Part shown: one piece after another, positions 29,036 to 39,068 of the stretch
How the letters are laid out: each line of letters starts with the position of its first letter
Position numbering within the stretch: the stretch's first letter is position 1
Assembly: GCA_022825065.1 (NCBI GenBank)
Contig: JAJDYR010000022.1
Location: 203,802-267,801, forward strand
DNA length: 64,000 nucleotides
Direction: 5' to 3'
DNA from: a bacterium
GTDB lineage: Bacteria; UBA8248
Notes under the pieces: model-generated
Told to the model about the DNA's origin: nothing
Databases searched by the model: none
Seen by the model: the letters and a program-made list of their open reading frames with translations, nothing else
Position numbers and translations under genes: made by a program

Positions 29036-30109
29036 TCATCTCCCGTGGGCGCGGTGGTACTGGTCGGCGACATAAGCCTCATCCATCACGCCGAGCGCCC
29101 CGGCCGCTTTTTGCGGCCAGTAGGGCTCGCGCAGCATCTCGCGCGCCATGAAGACGATATCGGCCTCGCCGTTTCGGACGATCTGATCCGCCTGCCACGC
29201 CTGGGTGATCATGCCCACCGTGGCGGTTGGCATTTCGGCTCCCGCGCGCACGGCTTGCGATAGCGGCGTCTGGTATCCGGGACCCACGGGAATCTTCGCC
29301 AGCGGCGTTCCCCCGCCCCCGCTGCAATCGATGAGGTCGACCCCTTCGGTTTTCAGGATTTTCGCGAGTTCTATCGTTTCATCGAGCGTCCAGCCGCCCT
29401 CGAAATAGTCGGTGCACGAGAGGCGGATGGCCAGCGGCTTCTCTTCCGGCCATTGCTCCCTCACGATTCGGACCGTCTCCAACGTGAAGCGGATGCGGTT
29501 CTCGAAGCTCCCGCCGTAGTTGTCTTCTCTTTGGTTCGAGACCGGGGAGTGGAAGCTGTGGAAGAGATACCCGTGCGCGCCATGGATTTCGAGCCACCCG
29601 AATCCAGCCTCATCAGCACGTCTCGCGCCCTGGCGAAACGCTTCCTGAATCACGGCGATCTCCTCGACGCTCAGCGCCCTGGGCGCGCGCGCCTTCTCGT
29701 GAAACGGAACGGCGCTCGGCGCCACGATCTCCCAGCCGCCCTCCTCATCCGAGAGATAGCCCCCGCCCTCCCAGGTCGGCGCGCAGCTGCCCTTGCGGCC
29801 CGCGTGTCCTATCTGAATCCCGGCGACGGCCCCCTGGCCGGCGACGAAGCGCGCGACTCTCGCCAGGGGTTCCACATGCTCATCCGACCAGATGCCCGAG
29901 CACCCGCGCGTGATGCGTCCGCGCGCCTCCACGTTCGTCATCTCGACCATCACCAGACCCGCGCCGCCGACCGCGCGGGCGCCCAGGTGCACGAGATGCC
30001 AGTCGGTGAGCCTGCCGTCCTCGGCGCTGTACTGGCACATGGGGGAAACGCAAATCCGGTTCCTGAGCGTGACGCCCCGCAAAGAAAATTCATCGAAAAG
30101 TTTCGCCAT
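29036..30109 (-). CDS. namA: NADH:flavin oxidoreductase, old yellow enzyme YqjM/NamA type
   Basis: SPMCQYS, HAGRKG, EIHGAHGYL, YGGSFENR, C-terminal QYHRA. Confidence 0.9.
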   Translation of the reverse strand: MAKLFDEFSLRGVTLRNRICVSPMCQYSAEDGRLTDWHLVHLGARAVGGAGLVMVEMTNVEARGRITRGCSGIWSDEHVEPLARVARFVAGQGAVAGIQIGHAGRKGSCAPTWEGGGYLSDEEGGWEIVAPSAVPFHEKARAPRALSVEEIAVIQEAFRQGARRADEAGFGWLEIHGAHGYLFHSFHSPVSNQREDNYGGSFENRIRFTLETVRIVREQWPEEKPLAIRLSCTDYFEGGWTLDETIELAKILKTEGVDLIDCSGGGGTPLAKIPVGPGYQTPLSQAVRAGAEMPTATVGMITQAWQADQIVRNGEADIVFMAREMLREPYWPQKAAGALGVMDEAYVADQYHRAHGR

Positions 30110-30205
30110 CTTTCCTCTCATCCTCAGGAAACTGAAACACAAGAAAAATCCTCCGGGCGGCGCTTGAGAATCCCGCCCGGAGGAGAAAAACGTATCAGTT
30201 GCTTC

Positions 30206-30994
30206 CTACGGCGTTGCCCTGCGGCTGCCGCCATCCATGTAGAGAGAACTGCCGTTCACGTAAGAACACGCGGCGGAGGCCAGGAACGCCGCTACGTTCG
30301 CCACTTCTTCGGGCTCGGCGATTCTGCCGGCGGGCGTCCTCGCGCCGACATCTTTCAAGAACTCCTCGACGTCCTTGCCCGCCTTGTCCGCGGGGCCCTG
30401 CATGAGGTCGCGCGCGCGCTGCGTGTTCGTCATGCCCGGGCAGACGGTGTTCACCTGAATCCCCTCTCCCGCCACGGCGTCGGAGAGCGCTCTCGTGTTG
30501 TTGAGCACCGTGATGTTCGCCGCACTCGTGGGGATGTTTCCCCGCGCCGGACTCGCGCCCGCGCCGCCCGCGATGTTCACGATGCGGCCCCAGCCGTTCT
30601 TCTTCATGTGGGGGATCACCAACTGGGACATGCGCAGATACCCATACGTCTTGAGAGTGAGCGCCTCGGTAATGAACTCCGCGTCGAGTTCAAGAATGTC
30701 TCCGCCCCGCGCCGCGCCCGCGCTGTTGATGAGAATGTCCACGCCCCCGAAATTCGCGACGCACGCGTCGACCACCTTCTTGCAGCCATCGAGAGAGTTC
30801 AGATCGGAGGAGACGAACATGCCCTCGCCCCCTGCGGCGTTCACATCTTCCACTGCCGTAGCCAAAAGCGCCTCATCGCGCGCCGTGACGCAAACGCGGG
30901 CGCCCTCTTTCGCCAGCGCGATGGCGCATTCGCGGCCGATGCCGCGGCTTGCGCCCGTTACGATCGCAATCTTTCCCGTCAGACCAAGATCCAT
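30206..30994 (-). CDS. Short-chain dehydrogenase/reductase (atypical catalytic motif)
   Basis: TGASRGIG, NSAG, WGRIVNI; YxxxK replaced by TSAAN. Confidence 0.9.
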   Translation of the reverse strand: MDLGLTGKIAIVTGASRGIGRECAIALAKEGARVCVTARDEALLATAVEDVNAAGGEGMFVSSDLNSLDGCKKVVDACVANFGGVDILINSAGAARGGDILELDAEFITEALTLKTYGYLRMSQLVIPHMKKNGWGRIVNIAGGAGASPARGNIPTSAANITVLNNTRALSDAVAGEGIQVNTVCPGMTNTQRARDLMQGPADKAGKDVEEFLKDVGARTPAGRIAEPEEVANVAAFLASAACSYVNGSSLYMDGGSRRATP

Positions 30995-31041
30995 CCTTTT
31001 CTCCTTAGAAAATCATGAATAAAACGATGAAATGCCGCTGC

Positions 31042-32130
31042 TTAAGCCAGCACGAGCTGGCAGGGGTTCGTGGCCCGGTACTCGGCCTTCTTGTCCGTGA
31101 TCTCCATCACGCGGGGCAGGTTTTCGATGCCGTGCTCTTCGTGCGTAATGAGAGAGCGCACGTCTATTCGCCCGCTGGCCACCCATTGTCCGCCCAGAGC
31201 CACGGTGTCCGCTCCATGGCCTTCGGGGTAAATCCACTGAACCCCCTGAGCGCGCATGAAGACGGGGTCGAATTTCACGTCTCCGATGAGACCCGCGACC
31301 TGGATGACGCGCCCGCCGATGCGCACCATGCGCGTCGCCTGGTGAAGCGTGGTGTGGCCCGAAAGCCCCTGATCCGCGTTGCCGCCCGCGCACTCGAAAA
31401 CGAGGTCAACGCCTCTGCCCGCCGTGATCTCCATCACCTTCTCGACGGGATCATCCACTCTCGCGTCGATGACTTCATCCGCACCGAACTTGCGGCTCAA
31501 GGCGAGGGCCTCGTCTTTCACGTCGCTCACGTATACGGCCCCTGCTCCGCAGGTGCGCGCGGCCTGTAAGGCGTAGAGACCCATGACCCCCTGACCGGTG
31601 ATGGCCACCGTCTCGCCCGTCTGGATCTTCGCATCGCGCATGGCGGCGACCGTGGAGGAAAGCGGCTGGAGACATGCGATGGATGTATCGTCCAGCGTCT
31701 GCGGCGGCCTCACGAGGCCGTGCGCGGGGAGCGAGATGTATTCGGCGAACGCGCCCGGGGTGTTGATGCCCACGTGGAGCTTGTCGATGCAATACATCTC
31801 CCGCCCCTCGCGGCAGAAACTGCATTCGAGACACGGCACGTGGCCGGAAGTGCACACCCTGTCGCCGGGTCTTAAGTGCTCGACGCCATCGCCCACCTCG
31901 ATGACTTCCGCGCTCATCTCGTGCCCCAGCAACTGCACGGGCGCATATTTCTCGAGCATTTCCCTCAAAAGCGCCGAATTGATGGTTCCGATACCCAGGG
32001 ACCTCTGCACGTCGGTGATGCTCGGCTGCACACGCCGCACCTTGCACAAGGCCCAGCCCGGCTTCACCTCGGGATCGGGCACCTCATCCAACCGCATATC
32101 GCCAAAGGCGTAGAAACGCCACGCTTTCAT
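31042..32130 (-). CDS. Zinc-binding alcohol/sugar dehydrogenase (MDR family)
   Basis: Start MKAWRFY at 32130; GHEMS, structural Zn site CxxCxxCx7C, GQGVMG. Confidence 0.92.
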   Translation of the reverse strand: MKAWRFYAFGDMRLDEVPDPEVKPGWALCKVRRVQPSITDVQRSLGIGTINSALLREMLEKYAPVQLLGHEMSAEVIEVGDGVEHLRPGDRVCTSGHVPCLECSFCREGREMYCIDKLHVGINTPGAFAEYISLPAHGLVRPPQTLDDTSIACLQPLSSTVAAMRDAKIQTGETVAITGQGVMGLYALQAARTCGAGAVYVSDVKDEALALSRKFGADEVIDARVDDPVEKVMEITAGRGVDLVFECAGGNADQGLSGHTTLHQATRMVRIGGRVIQVAGLIGDVKFDPVFMRAQGVQWIYPEGHGADTVALGGQWVASGRIDVRSLITHEEHGIENLPRVMEITDKKAEYRATNPCQLVLA

Positions 32131-32256
32131 GCTTGCGAACCCTCCACTTGTAAAGGCAAACTCACCGCAATAGCTCTTAACACTCTTTTCCCCATCCGCC
32201 AAGACTGGGCGGGAGATTTGTTTGCGCGCGGCTTTCCGCCCGCGCGAGGAGAAAAC

Positions 32257-33306
32257 ATGCCGGACATCAAGGTTCATGCAAAAAATCTTCATGCCTATCT
32301 CGCGCGCGTCTACCAGGCCCTCGGTCTCCCCGAATCGGACGCCAACGCGTGTGCGGCCCAGATTGTGGACGCCGAACTGAGGGGCGTGGGTTCGCACGGG
32401 TGCGTTCGCTTCGGGGTCTTCGTGGAACGCCTCAAAAACGGGACGGCGAACCCGAAGCCCAGCGTGCGAACCATCACCGATCTGCCCGCATTTACCCTCC
32501 TGGATGGAGACTACGGCATGAGCGCGGTCGTCGCGCGGCGCGCCATGGAGGCCGCCATCGAAAAGGCGAAGGCCGGCGGCATCGGGGCTGCCGCGATCCG
32601 CAAATCCTCCCACACGGGCCACATCGGCTATTTCGCCGCCATGGCGCTCGAACACGGAATGATCGGCATGGTCGTCAGCGGCGCGGTGGGAAACCTTGCC
32701 CCGTGGGGCGGTTTCGAGAGAATGATCGGGAACAACCCGGTGGCCTTCGCGGTTCCCTCGAACCAGGAATATCCGATCCTCTTCGACATCGCCACCTCCA
32801 AGGTGGCGAGAGGCTACGTGCTGCTGGCCGCCAGGACGGGGGAGCCGATCCCCGAAGGCTGGGCGCTCGACCCTTCGGGCAACCCGACCACGGACGCCGC
32901 CCTCGCCGCCAAGGGAACCATGCTGCCCCTGGGCGATTACAAGGGATACGGCCTGGCGCTCATGTTCACCTTCCTGACGGGGGCGCTTACGGGCAACGGC
33001 TTCGACGCCGACCAGCCCGACTGGCTGGAGACGGACAAACCATTCGGCCTGCCCATGTTCGCCATGGCGATAGACCCGGAGAGATGCCTGGGCGGCGGCT
33101 ACAAAGCGGCGGTGAATGAGGCCGTGGCGCGCATCAAGGCCTCGGGCCTGGCGCCGGGTTTCGATGAAATCCGCATCCCCGGCGAAGGCGCTCACCGCAG
33201 GTATCAGGCGGCACTGGCCGGGGGCATCCCGATCAAAGAAGCGCTCGCTCAGGATCTGGACCGGATCGCGGCGGAAGTCGGCGTTTCGCCGTTGCCCGGA
33301 AACTGA
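32257..33306 (+). CDS. Ldh_2 family oxidoreductase (ComC/AllD-like)
   Basis: Start MPDIKV with gaggag SD; ELRGVGSHG, GNNP, DIATS, YKGYGL. Confidence 0.93.
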   Translation: MPDIKVHAKNLHAYLARVYQALGLPESDANACAAQIVDAELRGVGSHGCVRFGVFVERLKNGTANPKPSVRTITDLPAFTLLDGDYGMSAVVARRAMEAAIEKAKAGGIGAAAIRKSSHTGHIGYFAAMALEHGMIGMVVSGAVGNLAPWGGFERMIGNNPVAFAVPSNQEYPILFDIATSKVARGYVLLAARTGEPIPEGWALDPSGNPTTDAALAAKGTMLPLGDYKGYGLALMFTFLTGALTGNGFDADQPDWLETDKPFGLPMFAMAIDPERCLGGGYKAAVNEAVARIKASGLAPGFDEIRIPGEGAHRRYQAALAGGIPIKEALAQDLDRIAAEVGVSPLPGN

Positions 33307-33448
33307 ACGGGATGAAAACCCCCGTCTTTGTTGAAGTGTTGGCTCCCATGCGCTAGGTTTATGGCTCGTTGATTGGACGATTCTCAATTATCCGTCACAT
33401 GGCTGGGTGCGAGGCGTTTTCGCGCCCTGAATTTTTGAAGGAGAAAAT

Positions 33449-33742
33449 ATGCCGGTAACTGCAATGATCATCGAAGAAGGAGACAACGTCGCCACCTGTC
33501 TCGAGAAGGTGGCAAAGGGAGGCTCCGTCCGCCTCATGCTCAACGGGAAGATGGGCAAGACGCTCAAGGCCAACCAGGCGATTCCCTACATCCACAAAAT
33601 CTGCATCAAGCCCCTGAAAAAGGGCGAGCACTGCATGAAATACGGCCTGTCCATCGGCGTGGCGAGCAAGGACATCAAGGTGGGCGACTACATTCACGTA
33701 CACAACATAGAGAGCGCCCGCGGCCGCGGCGACCTCGAGTAG
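33449..33742 (+). CDS. SAF-domain small subunit of a UxaA/SuyA-type dehydratase or sulfo-lyase
   Basis: DNVAT, IPYIHK, KYGLSIG, IHVHNIES. Confidence 0.9.
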   Translation: MPVTAMIIEEGDNVATCLEKVAKGGSVRLMLNGKMGKTLKANQAIPYIHKICIKPLKKGEHCMKYGLSIGVASKDIKVGDYIHVHNIESARGRGDLE

Positions 33743-33757
33743 AAAAGGAGGTCCAGG

Positions 33758-34969
33758 ATGGCCAGAAGAAACGGAAGAGGCGCAAGCTCATCGAAACGAT
33801 TGAGAAAAACCTGGTGGGGATATCCCCGGGAAAACGGCGACGTGGGCGCGAGAAACTACCTGCTCTTGTTGAGCGGTACGCTTTACGCCAACCCCACGTG
33901 CGAGCGCGTCGCGAGGACTTTAAGGCATAGCGTCGCCCTCACCCACCCGCTGGGACGCTGCCAGATCGGCCCCGACATCCAGCGCACGTTCGAGACCCTC
34001 GTCGGACACGGGCAGAACGCCAACGCGGGCGCCGTCATCGTCATCGATCATCACCGCGAGGAAGGCTGCACGGCGGACGAGATAGCCCATGAAATCGCCA
34101 AAACGGGGAAACGGGTGGAAGCGATCAACATCCGCGAGGACGGCGGCGCGATAGACGCCACCGCCAAGGCCACGCGCATCGGCATGGAGATGCTGAGGGA
34201 ACTCACGAACGAACGGCGCCAGGAAGTTTCCGTGAGCAAGCTCCTGTTGGGCCTCAACTGCGGGACGTCGGACACCACCTCGGGCCTCTCCCACAACAAA
34301 GCCACCGGCTGGGTGACGGACCAGGTCGTCAAGCTGGGCGGACGCGCGCTTTTGGCCGAAACCACGGAGATGATGGGCGGCGAAGGCGTGCTGGCCGACA
34401 AATGCGTGCGGCCGGCCCTGGGCAAGCGCATCTGGAGGATGGTGGAGGAGATGGAAGAGCGCATCCTCGCCTGCGGCGTGGATCTCAGGGGCAGCCAGCC
34501 CACGGGCGACAACATGGAGGGCGGCCTGACAACAATTGAAGAGAAATCCCTGGGCGCCATCCAGAAGGCGGGCTCCGCCCCCATCGTGGACGTGATCCCG
34601 TGGGCGAAGCGCGCGAACCGCAGAACCGGGCTCCACGTGATGGACACCCCGGGCCACGGGGGCGAGTCCATTACCGGCATCGCGGCGGGAGGCTCCCAGG
34701 TGCTCATCTTTTCCACGGGCGGCGGCCATACCATCAACCACCCCCTGATGAGCACCATCCGCATCACGGGCAATCCGCTCTCGGCGAGGCTTCAGGCCGA
34801 CACCACGGACGTGGACGTGACGGACATCTTCGAGGGCGCGCCCATCGAGGTGGCCGGACGCCGCGTGTATGACGAGGTGCTCGAAGTCGCGAGCGGGAAG
34901 ATGACGAAGGCCGAAATCCTGCATGAGGACAACGCCTTCGCCATCAACAGGAATGGACCCAGCGTCTAG
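33758..34969 (+). CDS. UxaA/GarD/SuyB family large subunit
   Basis: GYPRENG.VG.RN, CGTSDTTSG, ETTE, GGLTTIEEKSLG, MDTPG. Confidence 0.92.
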   Translation: MARRNGRGASSSKRLRKTWWGYPRENGDVGARNYLLLLSGTLYANPTCERVARTLRHSVALTHPLGRCQIGPDIQRTFETLVGHGQNANAGAVIVIDHHREEGCTADEIAHEIAKTGKRVEAINIREDGGAIDATAKATRIGMEMLRELTNERRQEVSVSKLLLGLNCGTSDTTSGLSHNKATGWVTDQVVKLGGRALLAETTEMMGGEGVLADKCVRPALGKRIWRMVEEMEERILACGVDLRGSQPTGDNMEGGLTTIEEKSLGAIQKAGSAPIVDVIPWAKRANRRTGLHVMDTPGHGGESITGIAAGGSQVLIFSTGGGHTINHPLMSTIRITGNPLSARLQADTTDVDVTDIFEGAPIEVAGRRVYDEVLEVASGKMTKAEILHEDNAFAINRNGPSV

Positions 34970-35102
34970 GAGATTCATCACCGGCCCCCGGAGGTTGCTC
35001 TCCGGGGGTTTGGTTCACGCGGCGTTGCGGGAGAATTCTCTCGCCCAAGCGGTCCGATTTCCCACGGAAATCATCGAAGTTTCCCCTCGCCAGCGGGATT
35101 AG

Positions 35103-35678
35103 GTGGTGAAATCCCTGCCCTACGCCGAGGCCATCGCAAGGCTCGCCGAAGAAGAACGGGGGGACGGCTGGCTCGCATTCTGCGAGAGGGAAAACCTCTA
35201 TCAGCTTCCCGTGGTCGAATGGCTGGACGCGCTGACAGAGGAAATCCTGGCCCTTGCTCCCGAAGCGCCTCTGGAAGTGGGCGCCGGCGACGGCGTGATC
35301 GGAAAAGCACTGCAGGCGCGCGGCGTGAACCTGAAACTCACGGACCCGGCCGGAGGCGATGGCACCGAAGCCCTGGACGCGCAGGATGCGCTCCTCGCCC
35401 ATGCGCCTGATTTCGTGTTCTCCTGCTGGATGCCGTATGATTCAGGCGCTGAACGACAGATACTGGGCGCGAGCGGCATCCGCTGGTATCTGGCGGTGGT
35501 GCAGCAGGGACCGGGCTACGCCGGGAGCGAAGCGCTGTGGGGCACGCCCGGCTGGGGCGTGCGGGAGTTGAGCGAGGTGAACCGCTGGTCGGTTTCGCGG
35601 GCCGATTTTCTGGGCGAGGTCGATTCGGGTGCGCACGTCCGGCACGGGACGGCCTATCTGTTCACGCGTGAGGAGTGA
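35103..35678 (+). CDS. Hypothetical protein, SAM-dependent methyltransferase-like fold
   Basis: LEVGAGDG glycine motif; abuts the next gene. Confidence 0.6.
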   Translation: MVKSLPYAEAIARLAEEERGDGWLAFCERENLYQLPVVEWLDALTEEILALAPEAPLEVGAGDGVIGKALQARGVNLKLTDPAGGDGTEALDAQDALLAHAPDFVFSCWMPYDSGAERQILGASGIRWYLAVVQQGPGYAGSEALWGTPGWGVRELSEVNRWSVSRADFLGEVDSGAHVRHGTAYLFTREE

Positions 35679-36728
35679 ATGAGCGGACACACGACGGGCG
35701 AGAAGCTCCACACTTTTTTAGAGCGGGTCTTCAGCAAGCTGGGCATGCCGGCTGAGGACGCCGCATGGACGGCGGATACGCTCGTGACGGCCGAGTTGCG
35801 CGACGTCACCAGCCACGGCGTGATCCGCATGCCGCACTACGCCAGGCGTCTGGAGGTCAAGCTGGCGAATCCGGCTCCCAACTTCAAAGTCGTCAAAGAC
35901 GCGGGCGCACTCGCTCTCGCAGACGGCGACAACGGCATGGGACAGGTGGTCTCCAAACGCGCGATGGAAGAGGCCGTCGCCCGCGCCCGAACCCATAACG
36001 TGGGCGTCGTCCTGCTCAAGGACAGCAACCATTTCGGCGCCGCCGCGACGTATGCCGCCATGGCTCCAGAAGCCGGCATGGTGGGCCTCGTGACGACGAA
36101 CACGCTGCGCGTCCTGCCTCCTGCAGGAGGCAAGGAACCCAGGATCGGCAACAATCCCGTCTCTATCGCCCTGCCGAGCGACCCGCCCATGGTGCTCGAC
36201 ATGGCGCTCTCCGTCGTGGCCCGGGGCTACATTATCGAGGCGGCGCGCGCGGGCGAACTCATCCCCGAGGGCTGGGGACTGGACAAGGAGGGAAGACCCA
36301 CCACCAACCCCCACGAGGTTCTCGAAAGCTCCCTTCTTTCCCCGATTGCGGGCTACAAGGGGAGTGGGCTTTCCATCGCGATCGACGCCATTCTGGGTTC
36401 CCTCGCGGGTGGGGGTCACAGTCACGAGATCGTGGGCATCAACGAGTTTCACGGGAAAAGCCGCGTCACCAGCATTTTCGTCGCCATCAACGTCGAGGCA
36501 TTGCTCCCTTTGGAGGAATTTCGCTCCGCCGCCAACGCCTTCATCTCCATCATCAAGGCAACGCCGAAGGCCGCGGGCGTCGAAACGATTTTCATGCCGG
36601 GAGAGATCGAGCATCAAAGCGAGACGAAGCGCCGGCGCGACGGGTTCGAGCTGTCGACCGAGCGGCTCGCCGAACTCGATGAGATCGCCCGAAGGCTCGA
36701 CCTCCCCCCGCTGGAGCGCGGGCGATGA
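35679..36728 (+). CDS. Ldh_2 family oxidoreductase (third paralogue)
   Basis: ELRDVTSHG, SNHFG, GNNP, DMALS, YKGSGL. Confidence 0.93.
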   Translation: MSGHTTGEKLHTFLERVFSKLGMPAEDAAWTADTLVTAELRDVTSHGVIRMPHYARRLEVKLANPAPNFKVVKDAGALALADGDNGMGQVVSKRAMEEAVARARTHNVGVVLLKDSNHFGAAATYAAMAPEAGMVGLVTTNTLRVLPPAGGKEPRIGNNPVSIALPSDPPMVLDMALSVVARGYIIEAARAGELIPEGWGLDKEGRPTTNPHEVLESSLLSPIAGYKGSGLSIAIDAILGSLAGGGHSHEIVGINEFHGKSRVTSIFVAINVEALLPLEEFRSAANAFISIIKATPKAAGVETIFMPGEIEHQSETKRRRDGFELSTERLAELDEIARRLDLPPLERGR

Positions 36729-37627
36729 GCGACCCTGCTCCTCAGGCCCTGGCCGAGGCGGCCTCTCGATTCGCCCGCGAGGCGGGAGAAATCCTGATGG
36801 GGCTTTTCGGCAAGCAGGTGGAGGTCGACTACAAGAACAAGGCCGAAACCGACCCGGTGAGCGAAGCCGACCGCGCGAGCCAGGAGTTCCTGACGAAAGC
36901 GATAAACGAGAAATTTCCGGCGCACGGCGTCCTGGGCGAGGAGAAGCCCGAAGACGAAGAAGAGGCCAAACGCCAGGGCGCGCTCGAGGTGCCCGAATAT
37001 CTTTGGGTTCTGGATCCCCTGGACGGTACGAAAAATTTCCTGAACGGACTGCACGTGTGGGGCTGTTCCGTGGGGGTCCTGAAGCGCGGCCGCTCGATTG
37101 CGGGCGCGATTTTCACGCCTGAAGACAAAGGAACCATCTACCACGCATTCGAGGGGGGCGGCGCGTTCCGCAACGATCACCGAATCGAGGTGGCGAAAGA
37201 GGAGAAACCCACGGGAAAGCGCATCGTCGCCCTGCCCGGCTCCTACTGGACGCAGTTCCGCCCCACGGGGCCGCTCAAAAAGAACCTGGGCGAGGTGCGC
37301 GCTACCGGATCGATGTGCTACGAGCAGGCCCTCGTGGCGCGCGGAGGCCTGCACTACACGCTCTTCGGCGTCCCCAGCATCTGGGACGTGGCGGCGGGCG
37401 CCGTCATCGTGAAAGAAGCGGGGGGCATGACGCTCGCCCGGCGCGACCGCACGAACAGGTGGAGCGAACTGGACAGCTTCTTCTCCGGGGAGAACACGCC
37501 CAAAGACCTGGACGCAGCGCGCAAATGGCGGCAATCCCTGCTCATCGGCAACCCCGGCCTCGTGCAATACATCGCGAAACACATCAAGAAAGTGAACCGG
37601 CGCAAACTCGGGCGCAAGAATCGCTAG
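36725..37627 (+). CDS. Inositol monophosphatase family protein (SuhB-like)
   Basis: LGEE, WVLDPLDGTKNF, WDVAAG. Confidence 0.93.
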   Translation: MSDPAPQALAEAASRFAREAGEILMGLFGKQVEVDYKNKAETDPVSEADRASQEFLTKAINEKFPAHGVLGEEKPEDEEEAKRQGALEVPEYLWVLDPLDGTKNFLNGLHVWGCSVGVLKRGRSIAGAIFTPEDKGTIYHAFEGGGAFRNDHRIEVAKEEKPTGKRIVALPGSYWTQFRPTGPLKKNLGEVRATGSMCYEQALVARGGLHYTLFGVPSIWDVAAGAVIVKEAGGMTLARRDRTNRWSELDSFFSGENTPKDLDAARKWRQSLLIGNPGLVQYIAKHIKKVNRRKLGRKNR

Positions 37628-37706
37628 CAACCGCTCAGAACGAAAGCGAATTTATCTCTATTCTACTTTAAGATAGATTGATAACATATTGATATTCAAA
37701 GATCGT

Positions 37707-39032
37707 CTAATTCAGATCCGGCACTCGAACCGGCGCGAAACGATCACTCTGGGGCCCCTTGCCTCTTCCGCCCAGACCCTCGATTTCCATGACTCGCTCC
37801 TCCTGGGGGTTCCGGTACGCGGAGCCGGATACCACTTCGAATTCATACCGGGGAGCGGGGCTGCCTCTTCCGGGTGATTTCCCGCGTATGGGAAATGAGA
37901 ACGAACGACTCTCTCCGGGCCTCAATCCTCTGAGCCAGTGCCTTGTGCGGCAGCATTTTTTTCCGTTTCTGACAAGTTCCACCTGCAAGCCAACGTCGAA
38001 GGAAAAATCCGGGTCCGCATTATGCAGCGTGCCTTGGGCGCGCAGATAGGGACTGCAGGATTTACACCGTGGCTTCCTGAACACCTCGACTTCGGCGTTT
38101 TCCACGCGCACCCACCGATGGACCTGTCGATTCCTTTCCCTGGCCATCGAGTTGATGGAGAAGAGAACCCGCTCCTTGTGAACCGAAGCCGGATAGCGCT
38201 CGAGAAACTGCTCGAGCGCAGCGACGCGGCCCGAACGCTCGGCTCCTTCCAGCGCCCGCGCCTCCATGCGCTGCTGCATGAGAGCGGCTTCTTTCGAACC
38301 TTTGAATCTGCGGATAAAAGCCTTCCAGTCCGCCTCAATCTCAGAGCGTATCGCCTGCCTGAACCTCGCCGCGCGCAAAGCGTCCTTCGCCTCGGGAAGA
38401 TAGGAGCTCAGAGGATTGTCAAAGACGAATCTTTCCAGGTCGAGAACATCGCCCGAGGCTTTCGCCGCGTCGAGCAGGAGTCGTTCGAGGCGCTGCGTCG
38501 CCACTTCCGTCCACTCGCTCCGCGCCTTTTTGTATTTCGCAATGAAGGCCCTGTAGGAGGAGACGTCGTCTTTTTCTCCCAGAGCTTCATATTCACTCTT
38601 TTGAAGATCGACGTTAGAAGGCTGCCGAAACCAACCTTCGGGAAAGCGCTTTAGAAACGCCTCAAGGGCGCCGGGCGCCTTCGATGCAAGCGCTTCCCGG
38701 TACATGAGTTGCTCCCACCGGTAGCGCGCCCGGCGGACGTGCTTGCCGTCAAAATGATAGTCCAGATACTCCTTGTAAGCGCGGGCCGTATGCCTCCGGG
38801 TCGCACTTTCAAAATCGTACTCATCGAGTTCCGCGAGAAACGCTTTCGATTGGGGATGACTGGGGTTGTCGTGAACGAACCAGCGTTTTTCGTTCATCAC
38901 GTCGCGCGGCGCTTTCCTGCGCACGCGCGGGCTCTCCAGACACCCGACGAGAGTCAGGGAGAGAATGAAGCAGAAAAGCAAGAACAACAGCCGATTCCCG
39001 GTCAGGTTCTTATGGACGCTCATCGCCTGCAC
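37707..39032 (-). CDS. Lipoprotein with helical repeats and C-terminal beta domain
   Basis: Lipobox LTLVGC; six roughly 31-aa repeats of the type xYxxFLxxYPxS. Confidence 0.7.
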   Translation of the reverse strand: MQAMSVHKNLTGNRLLFLLFCFILSLTLVGCLESPRVRRKAPRDVMNEKRWFVHDNPSHPQSKAFLAELDEYDFESATRRHTARAYKEYLDYHFDGKHVRRARYRWEQLMYREALASKAPGALEAFLKRFPEGWFRQPSNVDLQKSEYEALGEKDDVSSYRAFIAKYKKARSEWTEVATQRLERLLLDAAKASGDVLDLERFVFDNPLSSYLPEAKDALRAARFRQAIRSEIEADWKAFIRRFKGSKEAALMQQRMEARALEGAERSGRVAALEQFLERYPASVHKERVLFSINSMARERNRQVHRWVRVENAEVEVFRKPRCKSCSPYLRAQGTLHNADPDFSFDVGLQVELVRNGKKCCRTRHWLRGLRPGESRSFSFPIRGKSPGRGSPAPRYEFEVVSGSAYRNPQEERVMEIEGLGGRGKGPQSDRFAPVRVPDLN

Positions 39033-39068
39033 CTCAGCGCTTCACCATCTTTCCGGGCGTTTTGGAAA

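Noticed and set aside
31042-33387. 781-aa minus-strand ORF suggesting a large fusion
   Set aside because: Its N-terminal half is the antisense shadow of the Ldh_2 gene; the real Zn-ADH starts at 32130.
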